The position numbers and the translations under genes are program-made. The notes beneath the pieces are model-generated. The model saw nothing but the letters and a program-made list of their open reading frames with translations, had not been told where the DNA came from and ran no database searches. From Polyangiales bacterium (GTDB lineage Bacteria; Myxococcota_A; Polyangia; Polyangiales; Houyiibacteriaceae), in assembly GCA_045106895.1 (NCBI GenBank), contig JBGCFM010000150.1, positions 1 through 37,542 of the forward strand: a stretch of DNA of 37,542 nt, given 5' to 3'. Of this stretch, positions 8,688 through 18,295 are shown piece by piece; the stretch's first letter is position 1; each line of letters starts with the position of its first letter.

Positions 8688-9575
8688 CTAGCGGCGCACG
8701 TCGAAGTTACAGGTGTAGCTGATCCGTGTGCTGACGGGCTGACCCCCTCTGGAGAGCGGCGGAGACCACGGACGACCCCGGAGACAGCGAATGCAGGCTT
8801 GGCCAAAGCCCTCGCCGGACACGCTCTCGGAGCGAACAGAGAGGTTCGAGACGCCACCGCTTGGACCGATCTGAGCTCGCACGGAAGCCACGCCGGACAG
8901 GCCCTGCCGGCGAGCCCCGCGTGGGTAGTTTTCCTCAAGGCAGCGGGCGACGGATTGCTGGGACGGAGGCTCTGGTCGCCGCGAGAGGTTTCGGACCGGG
9001 ACGACCGTTGGCCCCATGCCGGTACCCATGCCGCCTGTGCCCGTTCCGCCTTCTTCGCCGTCGGGGCGCCCGCGAGGCCGCTGGTTCCCGATGGGGTCCA
9101 TTCGGCTTTGTCCGTTGCCGCCATCCACGGTGAAGCTGCCATCCCCGGTGAGCGTGAAACCGGTGAGTTCCTCCGGTTCTTGCTCCGGCGGGTCTTCGTT
9201 GAGTGGCGCCGGCGCCGATTCTTCGGGCTCAGGCTCTATCTCACGCACTGGCCGTTCGCGCGGCTCGGGTTCCGGCTCGGGCTCGACCTCAGGTTCTGGC
9301 TCCGGCTCCGGCTCCGGTTCTTCAACCTCGGGCTCTGGCTCCGGCTCTAGCTCCGGCTCCGGGAGAGGCTCCATGTCCATGAAGGCCAGCTCCGCTGGCT
9401 CCGGAGGAATAGCTGCGCTCACCCGCACGTCGACGAAATCGAGGCCGAAGAGCGTTGCGAGGTGAAGGCCGACGCTGAGAAGGATGGCGATGGACAGGAG
9501 GAGCGTGGTCCGGTCTCGGCCGACGGATCCCACCGTCGTTTCGGACGGGTTGTTCATGTCGCTCTTCGAGTCCAC
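8688..9575 (-). CDS. Energy transducer TonB family protein
   Basis: TM helix with SVGLH (SxxxH motif), long EPEPEP linker, C-terminal [13 protein letters not shown]...IG..G.V TonB_C domain. Confidence 0.9.
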   Translation of the reverse strand: MDSKSDMNNPSETTVGSVGRDRTTLLLSIAILLSVGLHLATLFGLDFVDVRVSAAIPPEPAELAFMDMEPLPEPELEPEPEPEVEEPEPEPEPEPEVEPEPEPEPRERPVREIEPEPEESAPAPLNEDPPEQEPEELTGFTLTGDGSFTVDGGNGQSRMDPIGNQRPRGRPDGEEGGTGTGGMGTGMGPTVVPVRNLSRRPEPPSQQSVARCLEENYPRGARRQGLSGVASVRAQIGPSGGVSNLSVRSESVSGEGFGQACIRCLRGRPWSPPLSRGGQPVSTRISYTCNFDVRR

Positions 9576-9580
9576 TCGCC

Positions 9581-10012
9581 TCAGTCTCCTTCGAGGTCCT
9601 CAGCCGCCACGTTGATCGCGAACTTTGTGACCTCCAGCTGCCGTAGAATGTCGATGATGCGGACGACTCGTGCGTAAGCGATCCTCCCGTCGCCCGCGAT
9701 GATGGCTCGCACGTCGGAGTCCGCATCATGGGCAGCTCGCACACGAGCGCGGAGTTGGTCTTCGGTGACCTCTTCTCGATCCAGAAAGAGCGTGCCCTCT
9801 TCGTCGATGGAGATTCCGAGTGTCGTCGGAGCTGCGGGGGGGGACTCTGCCGTCGCCGCCGAAGGCAGCTCCATCGGAATCGTCTTACTGACGATTGCCG
9901 TGGCGGTGACCATAAGGATGATCAGGAGCACGAGGACGACATCAACGAGCGGGGTGACGTTGATATCAGAGATGAGGTCGTCGTCGTCCCCACCCATGGC
10001 ACCACCGGCCAC
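9581..10012 (-). CDS. exbD: Biopolymer transport protein ExbD/TolR
   Basis: [42 protein letters not shown]. Confidence 0.9.
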   Translation of the reverse strand: MAGGAMGGDDDDLISDINVTPLVDVVLVLLIILMVTATAIVSKTIPMELPSAATAESPPAAPTTLGISIDEEGTLFLDREEVTEDQLRARVRAAHDADSDVRAIIAGDGRIAYARVVRIIDILRQLEVTKFAINVAAEDLEGD

Positions 10013-10656
10013 TAGTCTTCCTCCGGCTCGTTGTTCTCAGAGCGAAGGTGAACGAGCACATCGGAACCGAGCGCGTCGGCCCAGACCAAGCGGCCCTTGA
10101 TGAGGCGCTGGTAGAAGTTGTACGCGCCAACGGCGGGGAGGGCGACAAGGATGCCGATGGCGGTGGCGACGAGCGCTTCGCCGACGGTAGCCATCAGGCC
10201 TGTGGTGACTTGGCCCTGGCTATCGTTGAGCTCCGCGAATGCCTGAATGATTCCGATAACCGTACCGAGCAGCCCGACGAAGGGTGCGTTGTTTCCGACG
10301 GTGCCGAGGAACGCGAGGTTTCGCTCCATCTCCGCTTTGGCCACGACTCGCTCGCCGCGGATCCGCTCTTCCACGGCGGCTGGGCCCGAAGGGACAATCT
10401 CAAGTGCCGCGAGGGCTACGCGCGCCTCGAAGGATGACGACTTCTTAAGCGCTGCGGCGGCGCCGTCCGCGTCACCCTTCTTCAACTTCGCGCGGAGCGC
10501 CGCCTGGAGCGCTCGCGCATCATCTTTCGATGAGAAGAAGTAATAGGCACGCTCGAGAATGATCGCGACGCACACGACAGACAGCACGATAAGAAGCCAC
10601 ATGACCCACTCCGCGCCCAACATGGCGAAAGCGGTAAGCCGTTCCTGAATATCCAT
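10012..10656 (-). CDS. exbB: MotA/TolQ/ExbB proton channel protein
   Basis: LAFLGTVGNNAPFVGLLGTVIGII.AF, EALVATAIGILVALPAV..YN; AAGGAG RBS; 1-nt overlap with exbD. Confidence 0.9.
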   Translation of the reverse strand: MDIQERLTAFAMLGAEWVMWLLIVLSVVCVAIILERAYYFFSSKDDARALQAALRAKLKKGDADGAAAALKKSSSFEARVALAALEIVPSGPAAVEERIRGERVVAKAEMERNLAFLGTVGNNAPFVGLLGTVIGIIQAFAELNDSQGQVTTGLMATVGEALVATAIGILVALPAVGAYNFYQRLIKGRLVWADALGSDVLVHLRSENNEPEED

Positions 10657-10806
10657 CTCGAAGGTCTCTCCTTAAGCGCCCGAGGAAACTCGGGAAATGG
10701 CCTTTAGCATGGCCCGTGGGTCTGTCGTCTCTAGGGTCAGGGCGTTAGCAAGACAGGCGCAAAACGCCATCCATCTCACCAACATTGGCCCCTCATTTCT
10801 ATTCCT

Positions 10807-10825
10807 GCAAATGAAAATCATTTAC
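10807..10825. promoter_or_regulatory. Fur-box-like palindrome upstream of exbB-exbD-tonB
   Basis: GCAAATGAAAATCATTTAC matches GATAATGATAATCATTATC at 14/19 and contains the perfect inverted repeat AAATGA-N3-TCATTT; AT-rich patch in GC-rich DNA. Confidence 0.65.
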
Positions 10826-11843
10826 TCGAAGGTGCGTCGGCGAGGATTTCTCGGAGAACCACGGTGGCGTAGGCACCGGATGGGAGCTCAAAAGTGACCC
10901 AAAAGCCGTCTTCTACGGCTTCAAATGCCAGCTCTTGCGGCCGGATCCGAAGAACGCGGCGTGTGCCGCGGCCGAGCTTGCCCATGCGGGCATAAACCTC
11001 ATCGCAGAATCCGTATTCGGCTTCGACCTTCCGCTCCATCTCTTCGCAGGTCGCCGAACCCCAGCGCATATCGCCACCGAACATCGGTCCGGTGGGGCTG
11101 ATCTCCCATGACGCCATCCGCTCCGCGTTCGCGGCGGCGTCGGGGTCCGAGAAGATCCCGCGTCGTTGTGTCTGAAAGACATCCCCTTCCAGCGCTGCGT
11201 GCACATGACCGCTCTCGACGCGCTGCGCGAGGACCTCGTTGAACGCCGCGGACTGAAGACTTGAGACGTAGAGCTTCCTCTTGAAGCGATCACGCGGCGG
11301 GCGACCTCCGTCCACGAGCCACGCCTTCGCGCGGTCGGCGTTGTCTCCATCTCGACCGAACCGTTGTGTCCCAAAGTAGTTGGGCACGCCTTCATCCAGC
11401 GCCATCCCCTTCGCGAGAACTTGCGCGACATCGTCTGCGTCGGCGCCGCGAACACGAACGCGAAACCGGTTGCCGCGCAGATGTCCGGTGCGGAGCTTTG
11501 TCTCGTTGGGAACGCACTCGAGGATTCGTAGAGAATCATGCGCGAAGCTGGCGCACGTCTCCGGCTGCACGCCTTCAAGAGAAATCCACTGGGTCGTGAC
11601 GGCGACTTTGTCTTTCTGCCCCGCGGCGCCCATCGCCTTCGTCGAACACTTGGTGTGTTCCGAGAGGGCACGCATCGCCTGCTGTGTGGTGAGCCCACGC
11701 TTCTCGATGCGAACGAAAAGGTGTGTTCCATTTCCGGATGGAAGATAGGAGGGGACCTCATCCACGCAGAAGTCTTCTGGGATGTCCTTGATTCGACCGA
11801 CGATGGGTCGAAGTCCGCTGAGGCGGGGAAGATCGCTGCGCAT
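10818..11843 (-). CDS. truD: tRNA pseudouridine(13) synthase
   Basis: IKDIPEDFCVDE, AGQKDKVAVTTQW, KLRTGHLRGNRF, PNYFGTQRFG, FELPSGAYATVVLRE. Confidence 0.97.
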   Translation of the reverse strand: MRSDLPRLSGLRPIVGRIKDIPEDFCVDEVPSYLPSGNGTHLFVRIEKRGLTTQQAMRALSEHTKCSTKAMGAAGQKDKVAVTTQWISLEGVQPETCASFAHDSLRILECVPNETKLRTGHLRGNRFRVRVRGADADDVAQVLAKGMALDEGVPNYFGTQRFGRDGDNADRAKAWLVDGGRPPRDRFKRKLYVSSLQSAAFNEVLAQRVESGHVHAALEGDVFQTQRRGIFSDPDAAANAERMASWEISPTGPMFGGDMRWGSATCEEMERKVEAEYGFCDEVYARMGKLGRGTRRVLRIRPQELAFEAVEDGFWVTFELPSGAYATVVLREILADAPSSK

Positions 11844-11964
11844 AGGCCCTTCGTCCCATTTCTAGGAGCGTACGCAAGGCATTTGCGGGTCGGCGAAACA
11901 CTCGTGGACACACCGATGCGCTCCGCGATACTTTTGTTGCGGGGATTATGGGGGGTAGACGGCG

Positions 11965-13065
11965 GTGAGCAGGGCAGCCCGCATGCGGCGCGAGATGGTT
12001 CGTCTCCTCGATGCGGGAGCGTCGACGAACGTGTTTCCCGGCGCCAGCGCATGCATCGCGTACCGCGAGGGCAAAGAGCGCGTCTACCTTAGCGCGACGG
12101 GAGGGCTCCTCGCGCCGCGCGGCGACGCCGTCGACGAAAAGACGTTCTACGACCTCGCTTCTCTGACGAAACCGGTGACCGCGGTGACGGCACTTCGCAT
12201 GGCGATGGCTGGGGCGATGGACCTGGACGAGCCCATTGGGCACGCACTCAGCGACCTTCGTGGGAGTGCGGCGGAGACGGTGAGTCTTCGTACTCTACTT
12301 TCGCATCGCTCAGGGCTCGAGGCGTGGGGAGGCTTCTACCTCGACGTTCCCCACGAACCAGGCTCGGGTGCGGCCCGTCGCTGGATCGTCTCGGAAGCAT
12401 CACGCCGCGTGAGCAATAGCAGCGCAGCCCGTCGCTGTGTGTACTCCGACCTGGGCTACATCATCGCCGGCGAACTCCTCTCGCGGATCAACAAGACGCC
12501 ACTCAACGAGGCGGTTCGAGAGTGGGTGACTTCGCCCCTCAACCTTGAGGACACGCTCTTCTTCGCCGGCGAGTCGGGGCACGGGTCGGCACTCAAGCGC
12601 TCGGCACCCACAGAGCGCTGCGACTGGCGCGGCCGCGTCGTCCGGGGAGAAGTCGGCGACGAAAATTGTGCGGCGCTGGGCGGTATCTCTGGCCACGCCG
12701 GATTGTTTGGCACCGCGGAGAGCGTCGCTCGCTTCGGCGTGGCCATGCTGGATGTTCATCAAGGGGCGTCCAACTTCGTCCCGAAAGCTGAGTTCAACGC
12801 GAGCCTCTCAGACCCCGGCGACGGCTCTACCTGGCGTATGGGCTGGGACACGCGCAGCAAGACGGGCAGCAGCGGCGGTCAGCGCATGAGCGAAAACGCC
12901 TTTGGTCACCTGGGCTTCACCGGTACGTCGATTTGGTGCGATCCCGAACGCGACGTCGTCGTGGTCTTGCTCTCCAACCGAGTTCACCCGAGCCGCGCCA
13001 ACGAGAAGATTCGTGGGTTTCGCCCAGCGTTTCACGACGGCGTCCTCGGGGCCTTCGATTCTTAG
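11965..13065 (+). CDS. Serine hydrolase, beta-lactamase class C-like
   Basis: YDLASLTK (SxxK), LLSHRSGL, YSDLGY, GHAGLF, FGHLGFTGTSIW.D, LLSNRVHP. Confidence 0.92.
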   Translation: MSRAARMRREMVRLLDAGASTNVFPGASACIAYREGKERVYLSATGGLLAPRGDAVDEKTFYDLASLTKPVTAVTALRMAMAGAMDLDEPIGHALSDLRGSAAETVSLRTLLSHRSGLEAWGGFYLDVPHEPGSGAARRWIVSEASRRVSNSSAARRCVYSDLGYIIAGELLSRINKTPLNEAVREWVTSPLNLEDTLFFAGESGHGSALKRSAPTERCDWRGRVVRGEVGDENCAALGGISGHAGLFGTAESVARFGVAMLDVHQGASNFVPKAEFNASLSDPGDGSTWRMGWDTRSKTGSSGGQRMSENAFGHLGFTGTSIWCDPERDVVVVLLSNRVHPSRANEKIRGFRPAFHDGVLGAFDS

Positions 13066-15239
13066 ACCGACGCAGGGGAAGCCGTCATCCCTCGTAGACG
13101 CTCGGCGAGCTTGCAGTGTGTCTCGCGTCGGCTGTCGTTTCGCGCCGCTCGACGCATTGCGTTTGGGTCGCCGATAAGCACCACGAGCTTCTTTGCTCGC
13201 GTCACCGCTGTGTAGAGGAGAGCGCGGTTGAGCAACATGTGATGCGCGCCGTGCATCACGATGACGACGGCGGGGAACTCCGAGCCCTGGACTTTATGAA
13301 TGGTGCTGGCGTACGCGAGGCTGAGGGCATCGAGTTCGTCGATCTTGTACTGAATCTCACGCCCATCGATGCGCACGTAAGTGATTCCACCCTGAATCCT
13401 CGAAACGGTGCCAAGGTCGCCATTGTAGACCTCTTTTTCGTAATCGTTGCGGAGCTGCATCACTTTGTCGCCGGGCTGAAGGAGGCCAGGGCGACTCTTG
13501 TCCGCGCGTGGGTTGAGGCCCTGTTGCAAGAGCACGTTCAGCGTCTCGGTGCCGAGCGGCCCGCGACGCATGGGAACGAGCACCTGCACATCGCGACGCG
13601 GGTCGAAACCATAGCGTTTCGGAATGCGTTCCATGACGCTCAAAAGCTGCCGGTGAATGGTGTCGCTATCACCAGCGCGCACCATGAAAAGTTCGCCGCT
13701 CGCTTCGGTGTCCGCGTCACGCTCCTCGCGAGGCGACACCGCCGGAAGACCACCGCCGAGAATCGAGTGGGCGCCGCGAACGATGGCGCTTTTCTGTGCT
13801 TGGCGAAACACGGTTTCGAGGCGCACGGTCTTGGCGCGCTCACTTCGAATTACCTCGCGCAAGACCTGGCCAGGACCCACTGGCGGCAGCTGGTCGACAT
13901 CGCCAACGAGGATGAGTCGCGTCGAATCTGCGAGGGCTGCGCACAAAGATTGCGCCAGGATCACGTTCAGCATCGAGGCTTCGTCCACGAGCACGACGTC
14001 CACCTCGAGCGGGTTGTCCGCGTCGCGTTTGAAGCCGCCGATGCCTGGGTTCCACTCCAGCAGCCGGTGAATCGTCTTCGCTTCCGCGCCGGTCGCCTCC
14101 GTCAGCCTTTTTGCGGCGCGCCCCGTCGGCGCGCAGAGCATGATTCGTCGCTCAAGAGCGCGCTGTGCCGCCACGATAGCTTTTACCGTGGTGGTCTTTC
14201 CCGTGCCGGGGCCACCTGTGAGCACCATCAGACCGGCGTCTGCGGAAGCATGTACCGCGACGAGCTGTTCTGGTGAGAGGCTGTCGATATCTTCACCCAG
14301 GGCATTGTCGATACGTGCCTGACTGCCGGTGACAGCCTTACGTTCCCGAGCGAGGCAAGCGAAGCGAGCCGAGACGGCGTCCTCGGCGGCGTGGAGCGGC
14401 GGCGCGTAGACGTCGGCGTCTTCGCAGATGACGAGCTCACGCCTTTCCAGAGCGTTCACTGCTTCTCGGGCTCGATCCGGTGGAACGCCGAGGCTTTCAC
14501 TTTCTGAAACGAGGGCATCAGTCGGCAGAAAGACGTGTCCCTGGTCCGACGCGCGCGCGAGCACGTGAAGCGCGGCGCCAGCTGCCCGTCGTGGGTCGTC
14601 TTTCGCGATGCCGACGGCTTGTCCGATCCTATCCGCGGTTCGAAAACCAACGCCACGCACCTGCTCGGCGACCATGTAGGGGTCGTCACGAAGCTGCCGT
14701 GCAGCGTCGGAGCCGTAGCGCTTGAGGATGCGTCGGGCCATGGCAGGTCCGAGGCCCACGGCGTGCAGGAAACCCATGGTTTCGGCTTCGTCCCGACGCG
14801 AGCGGACCGCTTCGGCGATGGCGAGCCCGCGCTGTTTGCCGATGCCATCGACCTCGCGGAGTCGTCCGGACTTGGTCGCGATAACGTCCAAGGTCTCCGC
14901 GCCGAACTCGTCGACGAGGCGCCCCGCGAGGCCCTTGCCGATGCCTGGAATCATGCCGCTGCCGAGGTAGCGTCGAATGCCCTCCGTCGTGGACGGCATG
15001 ATCGGGACGAATGTCGTGATGCGAAAGCGCAGCCCGTATTTCGCGTGCTCGGAGTAGCGACCCAGGAGCCGGAGTGTTTCGCCGGTGGCGACGTTGCCGA
15101 GATCTCCAACGGCGACAAAGGGCTCAGCACCCGGCTTCTGATTCGCCAAAACCGACGCCACAGTGAAGCGCCCATCGTCGCTTTTGTAGCTCACCTCTAT
15201 CACCGTTACTTCTACGGAGACGTCGCTCTGCCCAGACAC
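13062..15239 (-). CDS. recD2: ATP-dependent RecD-like DNA helicase (RecD2)
   Basis: N-terminal HhH motifs (IPGIG, VDGIG), GGPGTGKTT, APTGRAAKRL, VDEASM, GDVDQLPPVG, FRQ, LAYASTIHKVQGSEF, LLYTAVTRAK. Confidence 0.95.
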   Translation of the reverse strand: MSGQSDVSVEVTVIEVSYKSDDGRFTVASVLANQKPGAEPFVAVGDLGNVATGETLRLLGRYSEHAKYGLRFRITTFVPIMPSTTEGIRRYLGSGMIPGIGKGLAGRLVDEFGAETLDVIATKSGRLREVDGIGKQRGLAIAEAVRSRRDEAETMGFLHAVGLGPAMARRILKRYGSDAARQLRDDPYMVAEQVRGVGFRTADRIGQAVGIAKDDPRRAAGAALHVLARASDQGHVFLPTDALVSESESLGVPPDRAREAVNALERRELVICEDADVYAPPLHAAEDAVSARFACLARERKAVTGSQARIDNALGEDIDSLSPEQLVAVHASADAGLMVLTGGPGTGKTTTVKAIVAAQRALERRIMLCAPTGRAAKRLTEATGAEAKTIHRLLEWNPGIGGFKRDADNPLEVDVVLVDEASMLNVILAQSLCAALADSTRLILVGDVDQLPPVGPGQVLREVIRSERAKTVRLETVFRQAQKSAIVRGAHSILGGGLPAVSPREERDADTEASGELFMVRAGDSDTIHRQLLSVMERIPKRYGFDPRRDVQVLVPMRRGPLGTETLNVLLQQGLNPRADKSRPGLLQPGDKVMQLRNDYEKEVYNGDLGTVSRIQGGITYVRIDGREIQYKIDELDALSLAYASTIHKVQGSEFPAVVIVMHGAHHMLLNRALLYTAVTRAKKLVVLIGDPNAMRRAARNDSRRETHCKLAERLRGMTASPASV

Positions 15240-15248
15240 CCGCGCAGC

Positions 15249-16784
15249 TTACTCGCTTCCGGGGCGACATGGGCCGGGTTCCACGTTTGGAGCGCGTGTG
15301 TTCGTCACGGCTCGCCAGCAGTCTCCCTCTCCCGGTGAAGGGCGAGCCGGAAAACTCGCGATTCGCTGGCCGTCGGGGGTGCGGAGAAATAGTGGCTCCC
15401 CGGAGTTGCTGAGGCCTCCCGACGCGATCGAGGTTCCAATTCGCACCAAGGGCGTCCCGGCGGGCACCGGGACGTCTTCGGCGCCGAGGGGGTCGAAGGC
15501 GCTCGCCACCACGAGCAAGCGACCGCGGCTTGGGATACTCCCGCTCAACGCGTCGCCTTCTCGGTCTACCGCATCGCTGAGCCGCCAAGCGCTCAGGTCC
15601 ACGGCTTCATCCGTTGCGTTGAAGAGCTCCACATATTCTTGCTGAGGTTCGCGACCAAAAGGGTCGCAACGGACTTCGCTGATGAACACATCGGGGAGTC
15701 GCGGGAGCGTAGAGAGCATCGCCACAAGGGAGCGTTCGTCGCCGGCGAGGTCCACGAGATGGAGAGCGATCCCGAACTCTGTGTCAGCTGGAATCGGCCG
15801 AAGCTCGACGGCGAGCTCTCCATGGACGGATACGGTGCGCACAGTCTCCCAGGGCGACTCGAGGCGCGCGCGTATCGGGGCGTCGAATCGAGCGCGTAGC
15901 GTCAGGCTCTCATCGTCGAGGAGCGCGCATCCCCACGAGAGGGCGACCTCGTCGTCCTCACAAACCACAGGAACGAGGGCTGCGCTGGCTCGCGTCACGG
16001 TGTGGAAGGACATGCGTTGCGTCAATGAGCGGCCGGTGCGGTCCGTCATCGAACGACTGTCGAAGGTGTATCGGCTGCCGCGTTGCAGGGGGCCATCCAA
16101 GTCGAGGCGCCGGCAGTCTCCCGCCGGCCATCCGAATTCTTCACATGACGTCGCGGCGCTGGTGAAGCCAACGCCACCGCCTGGTCCATGAAGTTGAAGC
16201 TCTCCATGAACTCCGCCGCCGAAGCGGACGTAGAGGCGCGACACGCCCGCCGGGACAGCAGTGGCCTCGCTTGGGGGCCAGGTGTTTTCGAGGCGCGCCC
16301 CGCCGTTTTCTGCCACGACGAACTCTTCGGTCCACGGCCCGACGAAAGGAGCATCCCCACGGAGCGCCAAAACGTATCGGCCCGGCTGAAGGGGCGCGTC
16401 CGGGACGACTCGAACTCCCTGCGATTCCCAGCGCGTTCGCAAGGGAACGGAACGCGCAAGGTTCGCCACGCGGATCGGTGCTCGGGCGAGGTCGTCGGCA
16501 ATCGTCGTCTGTCGAACATCGGAGAAGAGCCAGACCTCGCCCTCCCAGTCCTCGGGTGCGCCCGGCAGCGTGACTCGAAACTCGGGCAGCCACGGGGTTC
16601 CATCAGGCGGCCACCACTCCCCATTGGCGTCGTATGCGTGAGCTTCCCCGACTCCGAAGTGCACAGGGCCGATGTCTGTCTCCACGTGAATATCGGGGGT
16701 GGCGTCTGGCAGCGACGCGGGGGTCGAGACGCATGCAGCGCCGCCAAGGAGTAGAAAGGCGAGGTGTCGGTGTATGTAGGACAT
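15249..16784 (-). CDS. Putative lipoprotein with Ig-like modules and a C-terminal lamin-tail domain
   Basis: LLLGGAAC lipobox; C-terminal VFISEV..DP....EYVELFN....VDLS.W.LSD...LSNSGEPL.L..PDG lamin-tail signature. Confidence 0.75.
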   Translation of the reverse strand: MSYIHRHLAFLLLGGAACVSTPASLPDATPDIHVETDIGPVHFGVGEAHAYDANGEWWPPDGTPWLPEFRVTLPGAPEDWEGEVWLFSDVRQTTIADDLARAPIRVANLARSVPLRTRWESQGVRVVPDAPLQPGRYVLALRGDAPFVGPWTEEFVVAENGGARLENTWPPSEATAVPAGVSRLYVRFGGGVHGELQLHGPGGGVGFTSAATSCEEFGWPAGDCRRLDLDGPLQRGSRYTFDSRSMTDRTGRSLTQRMSFHTVTRASAALVPVVCEDDEVALSWGCALLDDESLTLRARFDAPIRARLESPWETVRTVSVHGELAVELRPIPADTEFGIALHLVDLAGDERSLVAMLSTLPRLPDVFISEVRCDPFGREPQQEYVELFNATDEAVDLSAWRLSDAVDREGDALSGSIPSRGRLLVVASAFDPLGAEDVPVPAGTPLVRIGTSIASGGLSNSGEPLFLRTPDGQRIASFPARPSPGEGDCWRAVTNTRAPNVEPGPCRPGSE

Positions 16785-16829
16785 GCGGGCCGCCTCGGAC
16801 CTCCGCCGCTTCGGTTGCTATGGTTTTGT

Positions 16830-17621
16830 GTGGCGCGCGCAGAGGAGTTTGATGGGTGGCGCGTTCGCGGACGCTTGCCGGGCGGGAACGTCGGCGAGGT
16901 CTACCGCCTTACGGACGGACGCGTGCTCAAGATCCTCCGCGATGAACTCGCCGGCGATGTCACACGCGAACGCTTTGCGCTGGAGATTCACTCGCAACAG
17001 GCCGTCGAGTCATCAGCCGTCCCGCGTGTGTACGAGACCGGACAACATGAAGGGCGACCGTACTTTGTCATGGAACACCGGCCCGGCGTCTCCCTCGCGC
17101 ACGCACTCGCTGAAGGACATGAGCTTCCTTTGGCCGCCATTGGCGGCGGCGTGCTGAGCGCGCTCGCGGACTGTCACTCTTCGGGGGTCGCGCATCGTGA
17201 TCTCAAACCCGACAACGTCATCGTGGACGGAACGTCGGTCTCGCTCATCGACTTTGGCGTCGCCTGTGCCTTGCGTACTGGCGGGCGGGCACATGTGCAG
17301 TGGGGGTCTCCTACTTCATGGGGCCCGGAGCGCTTGCTTGGCTATGACGGCGCCGACGTCCGCTCAGAACTCTTCGCCGCCGGGGTCCTTCTATTCACAC
17401 TCGTCGCTCGCGCCCACCCATTTGCGCATCCGGAGCCTGCTTGGAGGGAGCTCTTGGAGCGATGCGAGACGCCGCCACTGCGCGCATTTGCGCCGGCGAT
17501 GTCGGCCCTCGATGTCTTCTTTCAAACAGCCCTCGCGAGACAAATGGAGGCACGCTTTTCTTCTGCTTTGCGGATGCGGGATGCCTGGCACGACGTTTGC
17601 GCCCGAGTTTCCAAGGGGTGA
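16830..17621 (+). CDS. Stand-alone Hanks-type Ser/Thr protein kinase
   Basis: GGNVGEVY, VLKIL, RF..E, YFVMEH, HRDLKPDNV, LIDFGVA; start uncertain (GTG 16830 chosen to avoid overlap with the divergent gene). Confidence 0.85.
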   Translation: MARAEEFDGWRVRGRLPGGNVGEVYRLTDGRVLKILRDELAGDVTRERFALEIHSQQAVESSAVPRVYETGQHEGRPYFVMEHRPGVSLAHALAEGHELPLAAIGGGVLSALADCHSSGVAHRDLKPDNVIVDGTSVSLIDFGVACALRTGGRAHVQWGSPTSWGPERLLGYDGADVRSELFAAGVLLFTLVARAHPFAHPEPAWRELLERCETPPLRAFAPAMSALDVFFQTALARQMEARFSSALRMRDAWHDVCARVSKG

Positions 17622-17661
17622 GGTCCTGGCAGCGGCTATTTCCCGGCCCTACATTGTCGGG

Positions 17662-18234
17662 GTGAGTGAAACGTCGCCGCTGGATCTGAGAGTCTTGGTA
17701 CTCAACAAGAGCTTCCAGCCTGTGCGCATCACGAGCGCACGGATCGCGTTCTCACTCCTCTACGGCGACCGCGCCTTCGCGATGGACGCGCGCTACGAGC
17801 CGATGGACTTCGACGAATGGTCAAGTTTGCCTGCTGCGGACGGCCCGAGCATCGCCACGCCGAGTTCCGTCCTTCGTGTCCCGCGATTGCTGCTGCTTCG
17901 CGACTACAACAAAGTTCCACGCACGCCCTTGCGGCTATCCCGTAAGAACATCTTTCTCCGTGACGGGAACGTCTGCGCTTACTGCGACGCACGGGAGAAG
18001 ATGACGCTCGACCACGTTCTCCCAAAGTCGCGCGGGGGACCTTCCACCTGGGAGAACCTCGTCGCCTGCTGTCGCCCCTGCAACGAGCGAAAGGGGCGCC
18101 GAACACCCGACGAGGCAAAGATGCCGCTCCGGCGTAAGCCAAAACGACCCACCTGGAACGCTGTGGTCCAGATCGCGGGAGCCGGGGAGGGCGTCCCTCA
18201 CTGGGAGCCCTTCTTGGCATCTGTCCGGCATTAG
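17662..18234 (+). CDS. HNH endonuclease
   Basis: VLVLNKSFQP N-terminus; SRKNIFLRD..CAYC..TLDHVLPKSRGG..WENLVACC..CN.RKG.RTP. Confidence 0.92.
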   Translation: MSETSPLDLRVLVLNKSFQPVRITSARIAFSLLYGDRAFAMDARYEPMDFDEWSSLPAADGPSIATPSSVLRVPRLLLLRDYNKVPRTPLRLSRKNIFLRDGNVCAYCDAREKMTLDHVLPKSRGGPSTWENLVACCRPCNERKGRRTPDEAKMPLRRKPKRPTWNAVVQIAGAGEGVPHWEPFLASVRH

Positions 18235-18295
18235 CGGAGCGACGCTGAGAGAAAGAGACCTTTTGCCGGCCCCTGGGAGCTGCTAAGCGCTCCGG

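Noticed and set aside
9265..9365. Tandem GGCTCC-type repeats as a CRISPR array or VNTR
   Set aside because: They encode the Glu-Pro linker of TonB; there is no repeat-spacer structure and no cas genes.
9581..10656. exbB/exbD as the gliding motor AglR/Q/S
   Set aside because: Only one TolR-like gene is present (AglRQS has two), it has its own TonB, and a Fur-like box precedes it; phylogeny would be needed to exclude it fully.
17197..17661. 155-aa N-terminal extension of the HNH ORF
   Set aside because: It overlaps the kinase in another frame; HNH family similarity starts near GTG 17662.
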